This document shows, one piece after another, positions 23,880 to 37,196 of a stretch of DNA of 64,000 bases. Each line of letters opens with the position of its first letter. Position 1 is the stretch's first letter. Under the pieces are notes generated by a model. It did no database searches, was not told the origin of the DNA, and saw nothing but the letters and a program-made list of their open reading frames with translations. The DNA lies in contig NW_026931414.1 of NCBI RefSeq assembly GCF_032062105.1, forward strand, positions 372,001 to 436,000, in the 5' to 3' direction. The position numbers and the translations under genes were made by a program. The DNA comes from Saccostrea cucullata (lineage: Eukaryota).

Positions 23880-25405
23880 GGCCGGAATTAAAAATATCTT
23901 TGTTTCCCCTAACCCAAACCTAAATTCTCAAGTTGGGTCGGTAGGTAGGTAAACAATTTTATTTTCTGACAGCAGCTTTCTAACATTTAATGGAAAATTA
24001 CATTTATAAATAAGAAAAGTATAAAAGAAAGCGATTTGTGAACAAAATGCTAGGTATCGTACATGTGCCATTTAAAAGCTAAATTCATGATTAATTAATT
24101 CACAACTGTTATTTAGTTGAACTTGTGAAATATCTCAGGCCATTATACATTTATATAAATTGAATAAAATAGACAAGATTCTCAAATACGCAAAAACCAC
24201 ACATACGAGTATATTTTTTCAAACCTTCCATCAGCCTTCAGAGCTTAATGACAATTAAAGTACTTTTTTGAGGGCCAAGAGATTTGCAGTGGTTCTAGAG
24301 CATTTTGCTTTGGAGTTAAGAAGCAAGTGGCAAATTTTAAATCGCAGGTTCAAATCCCAATGAGTAACGTTGAAAACGGTCCTTTAAAGGAGACTATAAA
24401 ACTTATGTCCAGTGTCACAGAAGATGATGGTTAAAAAAAGATCTCCCACTGCTTAATGGCAAAAAAGTGCTGAGTACGTCTAAATTTGGAGCAATGGGGA
24501 AATGTTTAAATATCGTCCTAACAAATCTCGAAGGGATTAAAAGCAAAGAAACACCTTATCTTCAAGGGCCTAAATAAAGAAAAATACACTGAACGTCATA
24601 GGAAGCTGAATCATGATTTCTAAACTATTTGGAAAGAGTATGTTAACAATATTTAATTGAACCAAACCGAATCTACAAATGATAAAAATGCTATATACAA
24701 TGTCATAGTCACGAAGTTTAACCACTTAATTAAGGCATGAAGGAAGGACATCTAAATATTATAATAATCAGGATGAATATGCAGACATATTTACAACAAC
24801 TCCTATGGTTCCATCATGGCATATAGTAAACATAGGAACATAGAAGAACTGGTTATTAGATCAAAACTCAAATTAAATAAAATGCAGTGAAATTGAATGA
24901 TGTGTTCACTAGGTGGGCCCCTCATCTACTCATGAGGCGGGCCTTACCATGTATTACGTACCTTAAATTCAAAGACAGGTTTGTTTGTTTGTTGTTTAAC
25001 GTCCCTTTCGAAAATTTATTATTTCACATGGAGACGCCAAGACACCTCCGAAACACTCTGAATTATATAGTCATGGTAAATTTTATTATCGAATTGTTTC
25101 AAGAGTGAAGAATTCCAATTAATTAGCCAAACCATAAGATTGAGACGTCGCCATTGTTTTATGAAGAGCAAATGCCCTGTAATCACATGTGGACTTCATT
25201 TTGTTTCCAACAAATGCTTGAAAATCACAGTAGAACAATGTCGGCCGTTCTGATAAAAACTAATTTTGATGAAATTGTATTTTATGAAACATGGTTAACA
25301 ATAAAAAAAATATTTGAATCATCTTATTTAAAAAATCTTTTCAGTCGGCGCGATTTAATTGGGTCGGTCGCGTTAGGGGAAACAAAGGTATTTTTTATTT
25401 TGGCC
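23880..25405. mobile_element. Non-autonomous DNA transposon with GGCC ends, ~33-bp imperfect TIRs and 3-bp TSD (CCA)
   Basis: GGCCGGAATTAAAAATATCTTTGTTTCCCCTAAC matches the reverse complement GGCCAAAATAAAAAATACCTTTGTTTCCCCTAAC; CCA on both sides. Confidence 0.75.
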
Positions 25406-25589
25406 CCATCCGTCCCCTCCCTCCACCTACTGATGCGGGTCATAGACCGTACACATCCGTACCTCCCTCCACCAGCCCCAAAATACACAAGGAAAAAACT
25501 AATAAAAAAATTTATCTGCATCCAGCATCAATCATATTAGGTATATCTTCCACTCAAGTCTAATTTCGGCTAATGTTCAATTCTCTTCT

Positions 25590-28500
25590 GCTGATACCAT
25601 TTTGGTGGATTTCTTCCCTTATGGGGCAGCAATCTGTCAGTATGATAAACTTTTCCTGGCTGTTTTTCTGAACTCTTGACCAGGCAGGTGACATCATCAA
25701 TCTTCCTGGTAATAACATAGGGCCCTTTCCATTTACAGGTCAGTTTGCTTCAAACCCCAACTTTCTTTGATGAATCATGCAACCACACTGGCCCTCCTGA
25801 CCTCCTTGAATTGTAATATTTTTTCTGGTAAACTGCATTTTGTTAGCTCTTCTGAGCCAAAGGCTCAAAGAGCTAATGCTATGGCTATTTGTGCGGTGTG
25901 CGTTAACTTTTTAGAATATGGGCCATAACTCAAGAACCCCTTGGCCAATTATTGTCAAATTTGTCACAGGGTATCCTTGGCCCAAGGGCTACCATTCATA
26001 CTAAAATTAGGGGCGAGACCCTAAAACAAGGGGAGATAATCACGAAAATAAATCAAAAGTACTAGTTGCTAAAAAATCTTCTTCTCCAGAACTACCAGGC
26101 AGATTTTCACCAAACTTACATACAAGGGTCGGGATATGTTGAAGATTAAAAATTGTTCAAGGCATGACCCTGGGGCAAAGGGCATGGTCTCAAGGTCACT
26201 TCAAAGTTGACCAAAATTTACACTTATTAAAAACGTTTATATTTTGCTTACTATAAAGACTAGGATAATCAAATCTTGTACGTTGATGCATCTCAGGACT
26301 TGACATCATGTTAATACAAAAGTAGGTCACGGTGACCTACTTTTTAAATTTTACGGGCTTTTGTTTTCAAATTGATTTGGAGGCATATTTTGGACACTTT
26401 AAGGCCTATGATCATAAAACTTTGTCAGTTGGTGCATCTTGGGTCCACAAACAACATCAACTCAAAAGTAGGTCATCGTGACCTACTTTTGGAATTTTAT
26501 GGCTAATCTTTTCTAAAACATTTAATCCCATTATTTCAGACACCATGAGGTTTAGAATCACCAAATCTTGTAAGTTGATGCATCTTGAGGCCTTAAAACA
26601 TATTTATCAAAAAGTAGGTCACTGTGACCTTCTTTTTGAACTTTGCAGGCATTTGTTTTCAAATTGTTTAAAAGGCATATTTTGAATACTATTAGACCTA
26701 TGATCATCAAATTTTGTCAGCTGATGCATCTTTGGTATTCAAAAAATGTCGACCAAAAAGTAGGTCATTGTGACCTACTTTCGACATTTTATGGCTAGAT
26801 TTAAGTATCTCGGGTACTAATTGGCTTAGAATCATTAAAATTTGTCAGTTGATGCATCTTGAGTTTTCTGAGATTAACGACCAAAAAGTAGGTCACAGTG
26901 ACCTACTTTTGACATTTTATGGCTATATTTTAGTATCTCAGGTACTTATTGGCTTAGAATCATCAAACTTTGTCATTCTATGCATCTTAGGTTTTCAGAG
27001 CATGTCGACCAAAACGTAGGTCACAGTGACCTATTTTTGACATTTTATGGCTAGTTTTATGTATCTCAGGTACTAATTGGTTTAGAATCATCAAATTTTG
27101 TCATTTGATGCATCTTAGGTTTTCGGAGCATGTTGACCAAAAAGTAGGTCACGGTGACCCACTTTTGAATATCTCAGGTACTGATTGGCTTAGAATCATC
27201 AAACTTTGTCAGTAGATGCATCTTGGGTTTTCGAAGAATGTCGACCAAAAAGTAGGTCACAGTGACCTACTTTTGTCATTTTATGGCTATATTTTAGTAT
27301 CTCAGGTACTTATTGGCTTAGAATCATCAAACTTTGTCTTTCGATGCATCTTAGGTTTTCGGAGCATGTCGACCAAAACGTTGGTCATTTGATGCATCTT
27401 GGGTTTTCGGAGAATGATGCTCAAAATATAGGTCATTGTGACCTACTTGTGACATTTATGGCTATATTTCAGTATTCTAGGGTACTTGTTGGCTTAGAAT
27501 TTGTCAGTTTATGCACCTTGGGTTTTCGGGGAATGTTGACCAATAAGTAGGTCACTGTGACCCACTTTTGAATATCTCAAGTACTTATTGGCTTAGAATC
27601 ATCAATCTTTGTCAATTAATGCATCTTGTATCCTCTGAAAGTTTCAATCAAAAAGTAGGTCACCATGACCTACTTGTAGTATTTTATAGTTACATTTAAA
27701 TATCTTCAGCCCTAACTGGCTAAGAATCATCAAACTTTGTCAGTTGTTGCATCTTGGGTCTTAGGATAGATTGTATAATTTATCAGAAGAGCGATTCAAG
27801 GCCCTTGGGCCTCTTGTTTTAAATACTTTCTTGCTATTTTATGTGCTCTAGCCAAATTTTCCTGTAATTTTTGTACATATTCATCTGTGTCTGGACTGTC
27901 ACTGTCATCTGTTTCCTTGGGTCTTGGAATAACAGCTTCTAAGGGCATAACTATATTTCTACCAAATACCATTTTGTTTTGGGAAACACCAATACTAGAG
28001 TGGACAGCAGCTCTATAGGCCATCATGACCTGTGGCAAAACCTCATCCCAGTGCCTCTGGTCTTTCAGGCAATACATAGTTAACATGTTTATGAGAGTTC
28101 TATTGAACCGTTCCACTGTACCATTGGCTTGGGGTCGTCTTGTAGTGCGGGTTTTCTGTATCGTAAACATGGTAGCATATCTTTAAATAATTTTGCTTCA
28201 AATGAGCGATCTTGGTCTGAGTGTAGTTGAAGAGGAGTTCCATATCTACATATAAATTCGTTTACTAGGACTTTGGTTATGGTCTGAGACTCCTGATCAG
28301 GTATGGCAAAAGCTTCGGTCCACTTGCTGAAGCAGTCACATATAACAAGTATATATCTGTTTCCTTTTTCAGTAAGAGGAAGAGGACCCAGAATATCTGC
28401 AGACACACGTTCCATGGGCTCGCCAACTAAGTACTGGTGTAATGGTGCTCTATTGGATGTTCTGGAAGGTTTCTTTGAGGCGCATAGGTCACATTGTGAG

Positions 28501-31454
28501 CAATATCTTTCTACATCTTCTTTCATTTTGGGCCAATACATAACTTTTTTTAATTTTATCCAACGTCTTTTCTGCCCCTAAGTGGCCTCCTGTAGGAATG
28601 TCACAAAAATGCTTTAGTACCTGATTTTGTAGTGAGGCAGGGACTATTAACTGAAGGTGGCCTAGTTCTTGATGGTCATTGAGGAATCTGTGGTAAAGCA
28701 AGCAATTCTCTACCTCTAGTCTATCCCATAGCCTCCATATGGTTTTTAATTTTCCCGAACCTGGGGAAACCTTATTCCAAGCAGGCCGGGAATCATTGGA
28801 CTCTTTGGCTACCAGAATAGAAAAAATATCCTTATCGTCTAGTTGAGCTTGCGTGATGGAATCTACCTACCAACCATCAAGAACTAAGCCACTTTCTGAA
28901 GTAATGGTATTCTGTAACGCTTCACTTCTAGTGACAGCACATATTTGTATGTCAGGAGTGAAATGACTGGCCTCCTCATCGCTATCGTTCTCTGAATTTC
29001 TCAGCTCCTGGCGTTCACATGAACGACAAGGACTACGGGACAGAGCAGAGCGTCTGCATTGGAGTGTTTTCTCCCAGCTCTATGCGTGATGGTGAGGTCA
29101 TACGTTTCAATCTCCTGAAGCCATCTAGCGGTCTGCCCAGTAGGATTTTTTTTTTTAGATTTTTCATCCAGGTTATTGCAGCATTGTCTGTACGTAGAAG
29201 CACTTTTTGGCCATATAAATAGGAGTGAAAAGCTTTAAGGGACATGACGACTGCAAGTAATTCTTTTCTGGTGACACAGTATTGTTGCTCATGCTTATTC
29301 ATCGCCTTACTCATGTATGCTATAACTTTTTCAGAGCCGTCTTGGACTTGGGAAAGAACACTTCCTACTGCTTTGTCACTGGCATCAGTATCCAATATAA
29401 ATCCTGGTTCTGGTAAAGGGTAGGCAAGAACTGGAGTATCTGTAAGTCTTTGTTTAAGTGTTTCAAATGATGTTTGACATTCTGCTGACCACAGGAACTT
29501 GGCATTCTTTTCACATTAGGCATGAAGGGGGCGGGCTATCTGGGCAAATCCCTGGACAAATCTCCTGTAGTATGAGCATAACCCCAAGAAACTTCTCATT
29601 TCTTTTGCAGATTTTGGAATTGGCCAATCTACAACTGCCTGGATTTTATCTGGATCTGTTGAAATGCCAGACTCGGACACTACATGACCTAGAAACTTTA
29701 TTTCTTTCTGAAAGAAGGTATATTTTGAAGGTTTAAGTTTGAGATTTGCTGACAAAAGGCGTTGAAATATGTGCTCAAGTCTTTCAAGGTTTTCAGAAAA
29801 ATTTTGGCTTGAGACTATGATGTCATCCATGTAAACAAGACATTCCTGCCACTGTAGACCTCTCAATACATTTTCCATGAGGCGTTCGAATGTAGAAGGG
29901 GAGTTGGCTAACCCAAAAGGCATGACTGTAAATTGGTAGAGACCAAGACTGGTATTAAATGCTGTTTTCTCTTTGTCCTCAGGTAACATTGCAATCTGCC
30001 AAAAACCTGAATTGAGATCCATTGAACTAAACCACTTTGAATTTGCAAGGGTGTCTAGGCACTCGTCTACTCTTGGGCTTGGGAGAGGATACGCATCTTT
30101 TATGCTGACGTCATTCAGCTGTCTGTAATCTACACAGAACCTCATCTTGCCATCTTTCTTTACAACCAGTACAATATTGGAAGCCCAGGGAGGAACTCTT
30201 CTTTCTCCATTTCTCTCTTTTCTATAGGGAGTCGTCTACTTGGTTGTCTTATAGGGAGAACTGTTCCAGTATTGATCTTATGTTGAGCCAAATTGGTGTG
30301 TCCGATATCCTCAGTTGATTCGGAGAATACCATTTTTGTATCTGGTCAGTAGGTCTTGCAGGGCGCCAGTTTGGTCATTGTCTAAATGTATCGAGCTTCT
30401 TTCTAGCAATTCCTTCAGGTGAGAGCGCAACATGTTTTTAGTATCGGCCATATGTGGTACAGCTCTAACAGAACTGTCAATCTGCTGGTCTGTGTAAGAC
30501 TCGCATGTTCCCACTTGTTGGTTGGCATAAAGTGTAACAGGGTCGAGGCTAGTATTCAGCACGCTGAGGGTCAATTTGTCATGTTGCAAATAAACAATTC
30601 CTGGAACAACATAGGTATTACAATTCTCGGCATTGGATTCCACCTGTCCCAGTTTTGTTAGGTATTCAGATCCTGGTATTTTGACTGTTATCCTGGCACT
30701 AATATTTGGTGGTACCGTGGTTGTCTGGAGAACAAGGACTCTGCATGTATGGTTCTCTTTCTTACCAACCCAACATTGAATCTCATCTTGCTGGTGGGAG
30801 TGCAGCACTGATCGCTTGTAATCAATTTTCTGTATGTAACTCAGGAGGAAATCTTGACCCAGGATGCCATCTTGGCTGATGTCACTCACAATGAATTTCT
30901 GTTCATAAATCTTTTTGCCTAAAAGTATGGACATACACAAGGAACCATAAGTTTTTATTTTGTTCCCATTAACATTTGCAATTTGGAGGGATGTTGGTTC
31001 ACTAACACAAGCTGAATTCAGCTTATCATAGAAATCCTTTGAAATGAGGGATGCGGTAGACCAATTAGAAAATTTATTTTGCAACCATGGACAGTTGCAC
31101 AAGTATAAAATCCATTATCCCATTGACTACCCACTTCCCCAATATGGCCTCCTCTTGTAACAAAGTCAAAAGTAGGCCATCCTGTTTCCGCTGGCTTTGG
31201 GCCTATTGAGTCAGCAGCTTCCCGTTTCCCTGGGTCTTTTGGCTGTGGCTTGGTACAGTGCTTTTGTTGAATTTTTGTTGATATTGGTTTTGGTATGCCT
31301 GGAGCTTGTGAGGGCAAGCTTTCATGAAGTGATTTGGAGAATCGCATATATAGCAGTTTCTATGTGCTGGGTAGGGCCTATTGTTCTTATTTGAGCTGTG
31401 TTCTAAGCGATCTAATCTCGCAATGAGACTCTGAAGGGTGGAATTAATTTCATT
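25590..31454 (-). mobile_element. Ty3/Gypsy retrotransposon A, decayed gag-pol (nucleocapsid, PR, RT, RNase H, IN)
   Basis: Zinc knuckle CYICDSPNHFMKAC; RT RFCVDYR..MPFGL..YMDD; RNase H DTDASDKAVG..ELLA; integrase GHLG..CxxC, D..HSDQ..VER. Many frameshifts; IN follows RNase H. Confidence 0.93.
25843..27817 (+). mobile_element. Helentron/HINE with AAAAGTAGGTCACnGTGACCTACTTTT palindromic repeats, inserted in the Gypsy integrase
   Basis: 5' TTAGCTCTTCTGAGCC, 3' TCAGAAGAGC..GGCCCTTGGGCC TCTTGT. Removing it restores the integrase frame KYLKQ|NAVYQKKYY. Confidence 0.88.
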
Positions 31455-33872
31455 TGTTGTGTATTTACACATGTGTTGTGTATTTACACAAGGGTGTCTA
31501 ATTACTAGATAAACTTCTTTGCTGCAAGGACCACACCATTACCGGAAGTAACATTTTATTGAAGAACACCGATAACATACAAAGCCAATACGTACACATA
31601 AATCATATCCGGAAAGATATACTACATTCCTCCCCACTAAACTTTTGAAATTCAAGTTTAGAAGTAAATGAATGTTACAATTCAAAATAAAAAAAATCAT
31701 TAAACATCTTCATAGTCTCTGAGTGTTTATATCAGTTGTAAATGAAATATTAGCACTAACTGAATTCAAATGACTAGATTTTGCAGAATCATGAGTATTA
31801 TTGAACATCAAGATAAACACATTCAAATATTACACAAATAAGAGCTTTCTGCCCTCATAAATGAAACTAGGGGATTATTATGCCCCAAAATCACAAATTA
31901 AGTTTCACAACAGGTTTCCGGTTTCTAACTGGATAACGGCGCACAGGCGTACTCGACTTGTTTCCCGAATCTGGTAAGGGGTCCTGAGCAACTGCTGGTT
32001 CACAATCAAGTGTTTCAGGTAGGTTTGGTGTTGCAGTTACCTCACTTGGTGTAGTTGGACTGGTTTCGATTCTTTGGTCAACAGGCGCAATATCTACATG
32101 AGTGTCTATGTTCGGTAGCTGTAGCTGTGCCTCTGCGAATAGTTGCTGTACTGAACTAAGAATTTGGTCAACATGATGCCGCCATACATTTCCTGGAGAT
32201 ACTTCAGCTTCATATGAAATCGGTCCTGTGATGCGATGTATTATGCCGGATATCCATTTATGATCTTCCTTCCTGTTGTCCCTTACTAAGGCATAGTCGC
32301 CGATGTTGAACTTGCGAAGTTTGGTTGTAATCTTACTTTGCATCTCCTCCTGGCTTTAATCCACGGTACGTGTCAAACTTGGCTTAGCACGATCCAGCTT
32401 GGTTGTGAGATTTCTTCCCTAAAACATTTGTGCCGGAGATTCACGAGTTGTTGACTGTGGAGTGTTCCGATATGCAATCAGAAAATTGCAAAGTTTCTTC
32501 TGAATGGAACCCTCATCATATTTGGCAGATTTCATAGCGCTCTTGAAGGTCTGCACAAATCGCTCAGCAAGGCCATTTGTCCTTGGGTGATAAGGGGATG
32601 AGGTTGAATGACGTATACCATTTGATTTCATGAATTGCTGAAACTCCTCTGCAATGAACTGTGGTCCATTATCACTGATTAAATGTTCAGGTAAACCATT
32701 TCTTGCAAATAGAGTTCTGAGTACTTCAATGGTATGTGTCGATGTAGTCTTGTTCATCTTGAACACTTCAGGCCACTTGGAATGGGCATCTACAACAATC
32801 AGAAACATTGTTCCCAAGAATGGGCCTGCAAAGTCCACATGAATTCTTTGCCAGGGTTTATCGGGGAATTCCCAGGGATGGATGGGTGCTTCCGGTGCTA
32901 CATTGCGATGGTCCATACATCCTTTACATTTCTTTGCGCACTCCTCAATACTGGCATCAATACCGGGCCACCAGACATGGCTCCTAGCAATTGCCTTCAT
33001 TTTCACCACCCCCAAGTGTCCTTCATGGATCATGTCAAGAATTCCTTTCTGAAGTGGTTCTGGGATAATGACTCGGAATCCCCAGAGTAAACAACCCTGA
33101 TGCACAGTAATCTCCTGTCTGCGTGAGAAATATGGTTGCAAGTCACCATCTGTTGCATCATTCCAACCACGCATGGTTGCATCGTATACCCGAGATAACA
33201 CTGGATCTCGAGCAGTTTTACGCTTTATTTCACTAGCTGAAACAGGCAATGCCTCTAACTGTGTCATGTGAAATACATGTGCTGTATTTAACATCTCTGA
33301 CTCCAACGCTCCTTCTCCGCCTTCTGTAGCTAATGGTAGGCGAGACAGTCCATCCGGAGTTCCGATACTCAATAGAGTAATCCAATCCCGATAAGAACAG
33401 TGCATACCGTTGCAGTCTTGCGGCAGTAGTAAGTGGTATACCTTTCTGCGGATGAAATATCGATACCAAGGGTTTATGGTCAGTAATGAGAGAGAAATGG
33501 CGTCCATATAAGTACATCTGGAAATGTGATTCCCCACACTATTCCAAAGGCTTCCTTGTCTATTTGTGAATAGTTCCGTTCGGCACTATTTAGAGTTCTA
33601 GACGCGAATGCTATTGGACGTTCTTCTCCTGAGGGATACGTATGTGAAAGCACCGCTCCAAGTCCGAATGGTGATGCATCACAAGAGAGCCTTATCGGTA
33701 AGTGAGGATTATAGTGTGCAAGAACTTGATCAGACTTCATCAATTCTTTCACTTTTCTGAACGCTGTTTGGCACTCATTCGTCCAGTTCCACTTCCTGTC
33801 CTTCTCTAAGAGCTTGTGTAGAGGTCTCAAAACAGTAGACAAGTTGGGCATGAACTTTCCATAATAATTCAC
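31455..33872 (-). mobile_element. Ty3/Gypsy retrotransposon B, 3' part (RNase H, IN, PPT, short 3' LTR)
   Basis: LSCDASPFGLGAVL; HEGHLG..CKGC; HVDFAG, SDNG, LAER. Polypurine tract GGGGAGGAA (31627-31635, minus) abuts a TG..CA LTR of ~150-170 bp (to 31626) containing AATAAA. Confidence 0.9.
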
Positions 33873-34360
33873 ATATTTCTCAGTAAGGACAAGGCTTGGT
33901 ATCAGTTTAATAATTGGTTTATTAATTGATCATCAAACAGGAAATGACAGTAGGTAAACAAACATCTATATTGGATACATATGGATAATTAATATTTGCT
34001 TTGGTCAGTAGTGTCAACCGCACTTTCAAGGGTAAAAAGGGGATAATAAAGTTGATTTGGAATAAAAAAGCTCTAAAAATTCTAACATCAGGTGTCCAGT
34101 GTGTTGGGAGATAATTTCAGTTGTCTCACCTAGTATTTAGCTTAAACTCCTTTGTGCTGCTGATGCAACTTATCTGAAAATAAACTGCGAAGCACTTATA
34201 TTTATAACCTTCGGAAGTAGTCATGTGACATAAATTAACGAATGAAAAAGCTGTACGGTGACACGCGACCAATCACAGCGCTGTACGGCGCCGTACAAAC
34301 AGAGATCTGTCAAACAACGTCAAACAAGGCTGCCGTACAACGAGAATTATAACTACAAAT

Positions 34361-35224
34361 TGTGACACGATAGCGGTGTTTTTCTTTGAAGTTTACTGTT
34401 CTGTATTAGCAATACAGAACGGGACTGTGGTGGGCGGAGCTACTTTCCGTTCTGCATTAGCCTTGTATACAGTATTGTATTTGCCAATATTCTGTATCTA
34501 AAATACAGCACGGTCTAAAAATAAATCTGATTCAATTTAGCAAAGCTAGCACGTACACATAATAAATACTGATGTTTTCCTATTATTAATTTTTAAGAAA
34601 TACCCGGTATTTTCCTGAGAATGTAGAATGTCAAAATTTCTCAATCACTTTCTAAAAACTTATTCCACACAGAATCTACACGTAATTTCGATCGAAAGTA
34701 AAAAAAAAATCGCAATAACGGAAAACATCCTCTGTACCTAATTTTGAACAATCCACACGAAACAGAAAATTCGCTATCACGGAAAAAATCCTTCTCGCTG
34801 ACGACAGCCACACGGCTCTTTCACTTCGTTTTTAATGTCGCAATTCAATTTGAAAATAAAAATCCCTGACATCAAAGTCCATCGAAGAATTTTCTGTAAA
34901 TCCTGTTTTTGTAAATCTAGTTAAACCGGGATTTTAAGACCCCTGAAATAAATTATGATAAATCTCCATCTACAATTATAACAATAGATCACAACAATTA
35001 CGGTTAAATCCTCCAATTTATCCATTAAGACTGAGTATCACTCCATTACGTCTACCCCGTTAAATTGTCAAAACAAATCTGACCGAATTTTACGTTTTCC
35101 GTGGAAATATATATACTGCGGATGCGTACTCCCCGTCAGGGCCTCATCTACAGAACTCTGGCGGAAGTTTGGATGCTGCAAAGTTATAAAGTGGGCGGAG
35201 CTATTTTTGATTGATCGTGTCACA
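34361..35224. mobile_element. Unclassified TIR element (TGTGACACGAT), candidate AAT TSD
   Basis: 11-12 bp inverted termini; absent from the second repeat copy. Confidence 0.55.
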
Positions 35225-35228
35225 AATC

Positions 35229-35350
35229 ATTTAGAGAACTCGACAGGTTCTGTATCGTAGATACAAATTTGGGGGCGGAGACTCGTGCTTTCGCACTCGT
35301 CTGCCCCCAAATTTGTATCTACGATACAGAACCTGTCGAGTTCTCTAAAT
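35229..35350. repeat. Perfect 48-bp-arm hairpin (mini foldback element)
   Basis: 35229-35276 is the exact reverse complement of 35303-35350. Confidence 0.92.
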
Positions 35351-36245
35351 AATACAAATGGAATTAAATTACACAATAACAATAAGAGTAATATGGCATG
35401 TATCCGAGAGATGTTTTCCTCAACTGTAAGTAAACATTTCATGTGAATTAATCCCGTATTTCATGATAGAAAACCGCAATCGAACAGAAGACGATATTCA
35501 AATAGCTCTGTCAAAGTAAAAATGTGTAACTGCCATTAAATCCCGTTTAACGTGAAAACCCTTGATAAATCTTGGTAAAACATATTCAAACATTAATTTT
35601 GTGGATATTCACAAGCAAATATAACATCGAATTGCATAACAAAATACAACTTGCTCAAATACGAAACCGTGACTAATACAAATAAGATGTCGGCGGGAGG
35701 TAAACAACCTCATGGCTCCTGCAATCGTGTGAAATTATGAAAAGTTCAGGCACCTGTTTGACTCATAAATAATCAAGTTAAATACAGTTACATGAAAATA
35801 TTTTAAAGGTATGTACATGAATTCATAAAATATAGCATTTCCTGTATAAATGCAAGCAAAAAGTATGTCAAATGTGCTAAAAATAGAAGATACCATGGTA
35901 AGTAAATAATCAAAGGACTGAAATGTCGTAGTGTAGTTATTAATGCATAATAAAATCCACCCAGATAATATTCCCAATAAATGTTGACACAATTAAATCA
36001 TAAAAAAATAAATTTATTAATTGCATTGGGACGTGGGGTAAGGCTAGGTCTCTCTGGACGTTTAGGGGAGGAGGGAGAGTCAAAGAACTGATCACCTTGG
36101 CCTAACTCATCAACATCAACACGAAATTGCACTTCACGGTCTTGGGATTGAGCCTTTGCCATCTTACTAGTATTAATTAAAATGCAAAAACACAAATTAT
36201 AAGTTAACAAACACATTATTTACATTATGTACAAGTTATACCAAC

Positions 36246-37196
36246 CATACATGTCCAAGAACGAATTTGATGTCGATATCGACGATATCGACAATATTAT
36301 GTCGATATCGTATCGATATCGATCGTATTCAGCACTATTAATTGGAAATATTTGGTGCCATATTTGAGACTCTCTATTGTGTCGATGTCGTCGATATCGA
36401 CAATATCATGACGATATCGTATCGATATCGATCCTATTTGCACTATTTATTTTCACAGTGAGGTATAACATAATTTTACAAAGTCACAAGTGAAGTCAAA
36501 ATGGATCCATTATTGGCATGAATATGAAAATAAATTATGATTAAGAATGCATAAGGGTTGTTATTGTTTAAGATTAGATTTAGAGTAAGATGTTGGGTTA
36601 GGGTGACAATTCTTGAAAATGTTTTAACAATGATGATTCGATATCGATACGATATCGTCGATATCGACGATATCGAGAGTAAAGTAAACTTATTAAACAC
36701 AGAAGTGTTGTAAAAATAAAGTTTTTGTATTTAGGGTGAAGGTTGGTAAACTTATATGCTTTTAACAATCATGATTCGATATCGATACGATATCGTCGAT
36801 ATCGACGATATCGAAGGCAGGTAAAATCTTTGTAAAAGTAAAGTAATTAAATATAAACACATTCAAAGTAACAGGGAAGGTATTTACCATGGGCTGAGCA
36901 AACATGATTCGATATCGAAGCGATATCGTCGATATCGACGACATCGACACTTCAGGGAAAGATTTTTAAAGTTTAAAGTAACAGTTGTTAGAAACACGAT
37001 ATTAAGGATTGAAACCACAATTCTTGGAACAACCATAATTCGATATCGGCACGATATCGAAAATATTGAACAGTATGGAAATAGTCCTAAAACAGGAGGT
37101 ATTGTAATAAACACAGTAGAATAAAGAAATAAAATAGAAAACTATAAAAAAGTAATGTGTCGATATCGTAACTACATCGTGTCTTGGACATAACTC
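36246..37196. mobile_element. Non-autonomous DNA transposon with candidate 8-bp TSD (ATACCAAC) and subterminal CGATATCG palindrome clusters
   Basis: ATACCAAC at 36238-36245 and 37197-37204; ATGTCCAAGA inverted near both ends; left and right palindrome clusters in opposite orientation. Confidence 0.6.

Noticed and set aside
36260-37175. CRISPR-like array (palindromic repeats with unique spacers)
   Set aside because: Eukaryotic context, degenerate repeats in both orientations, spacers of ~100 bp or more, and no cas genes.
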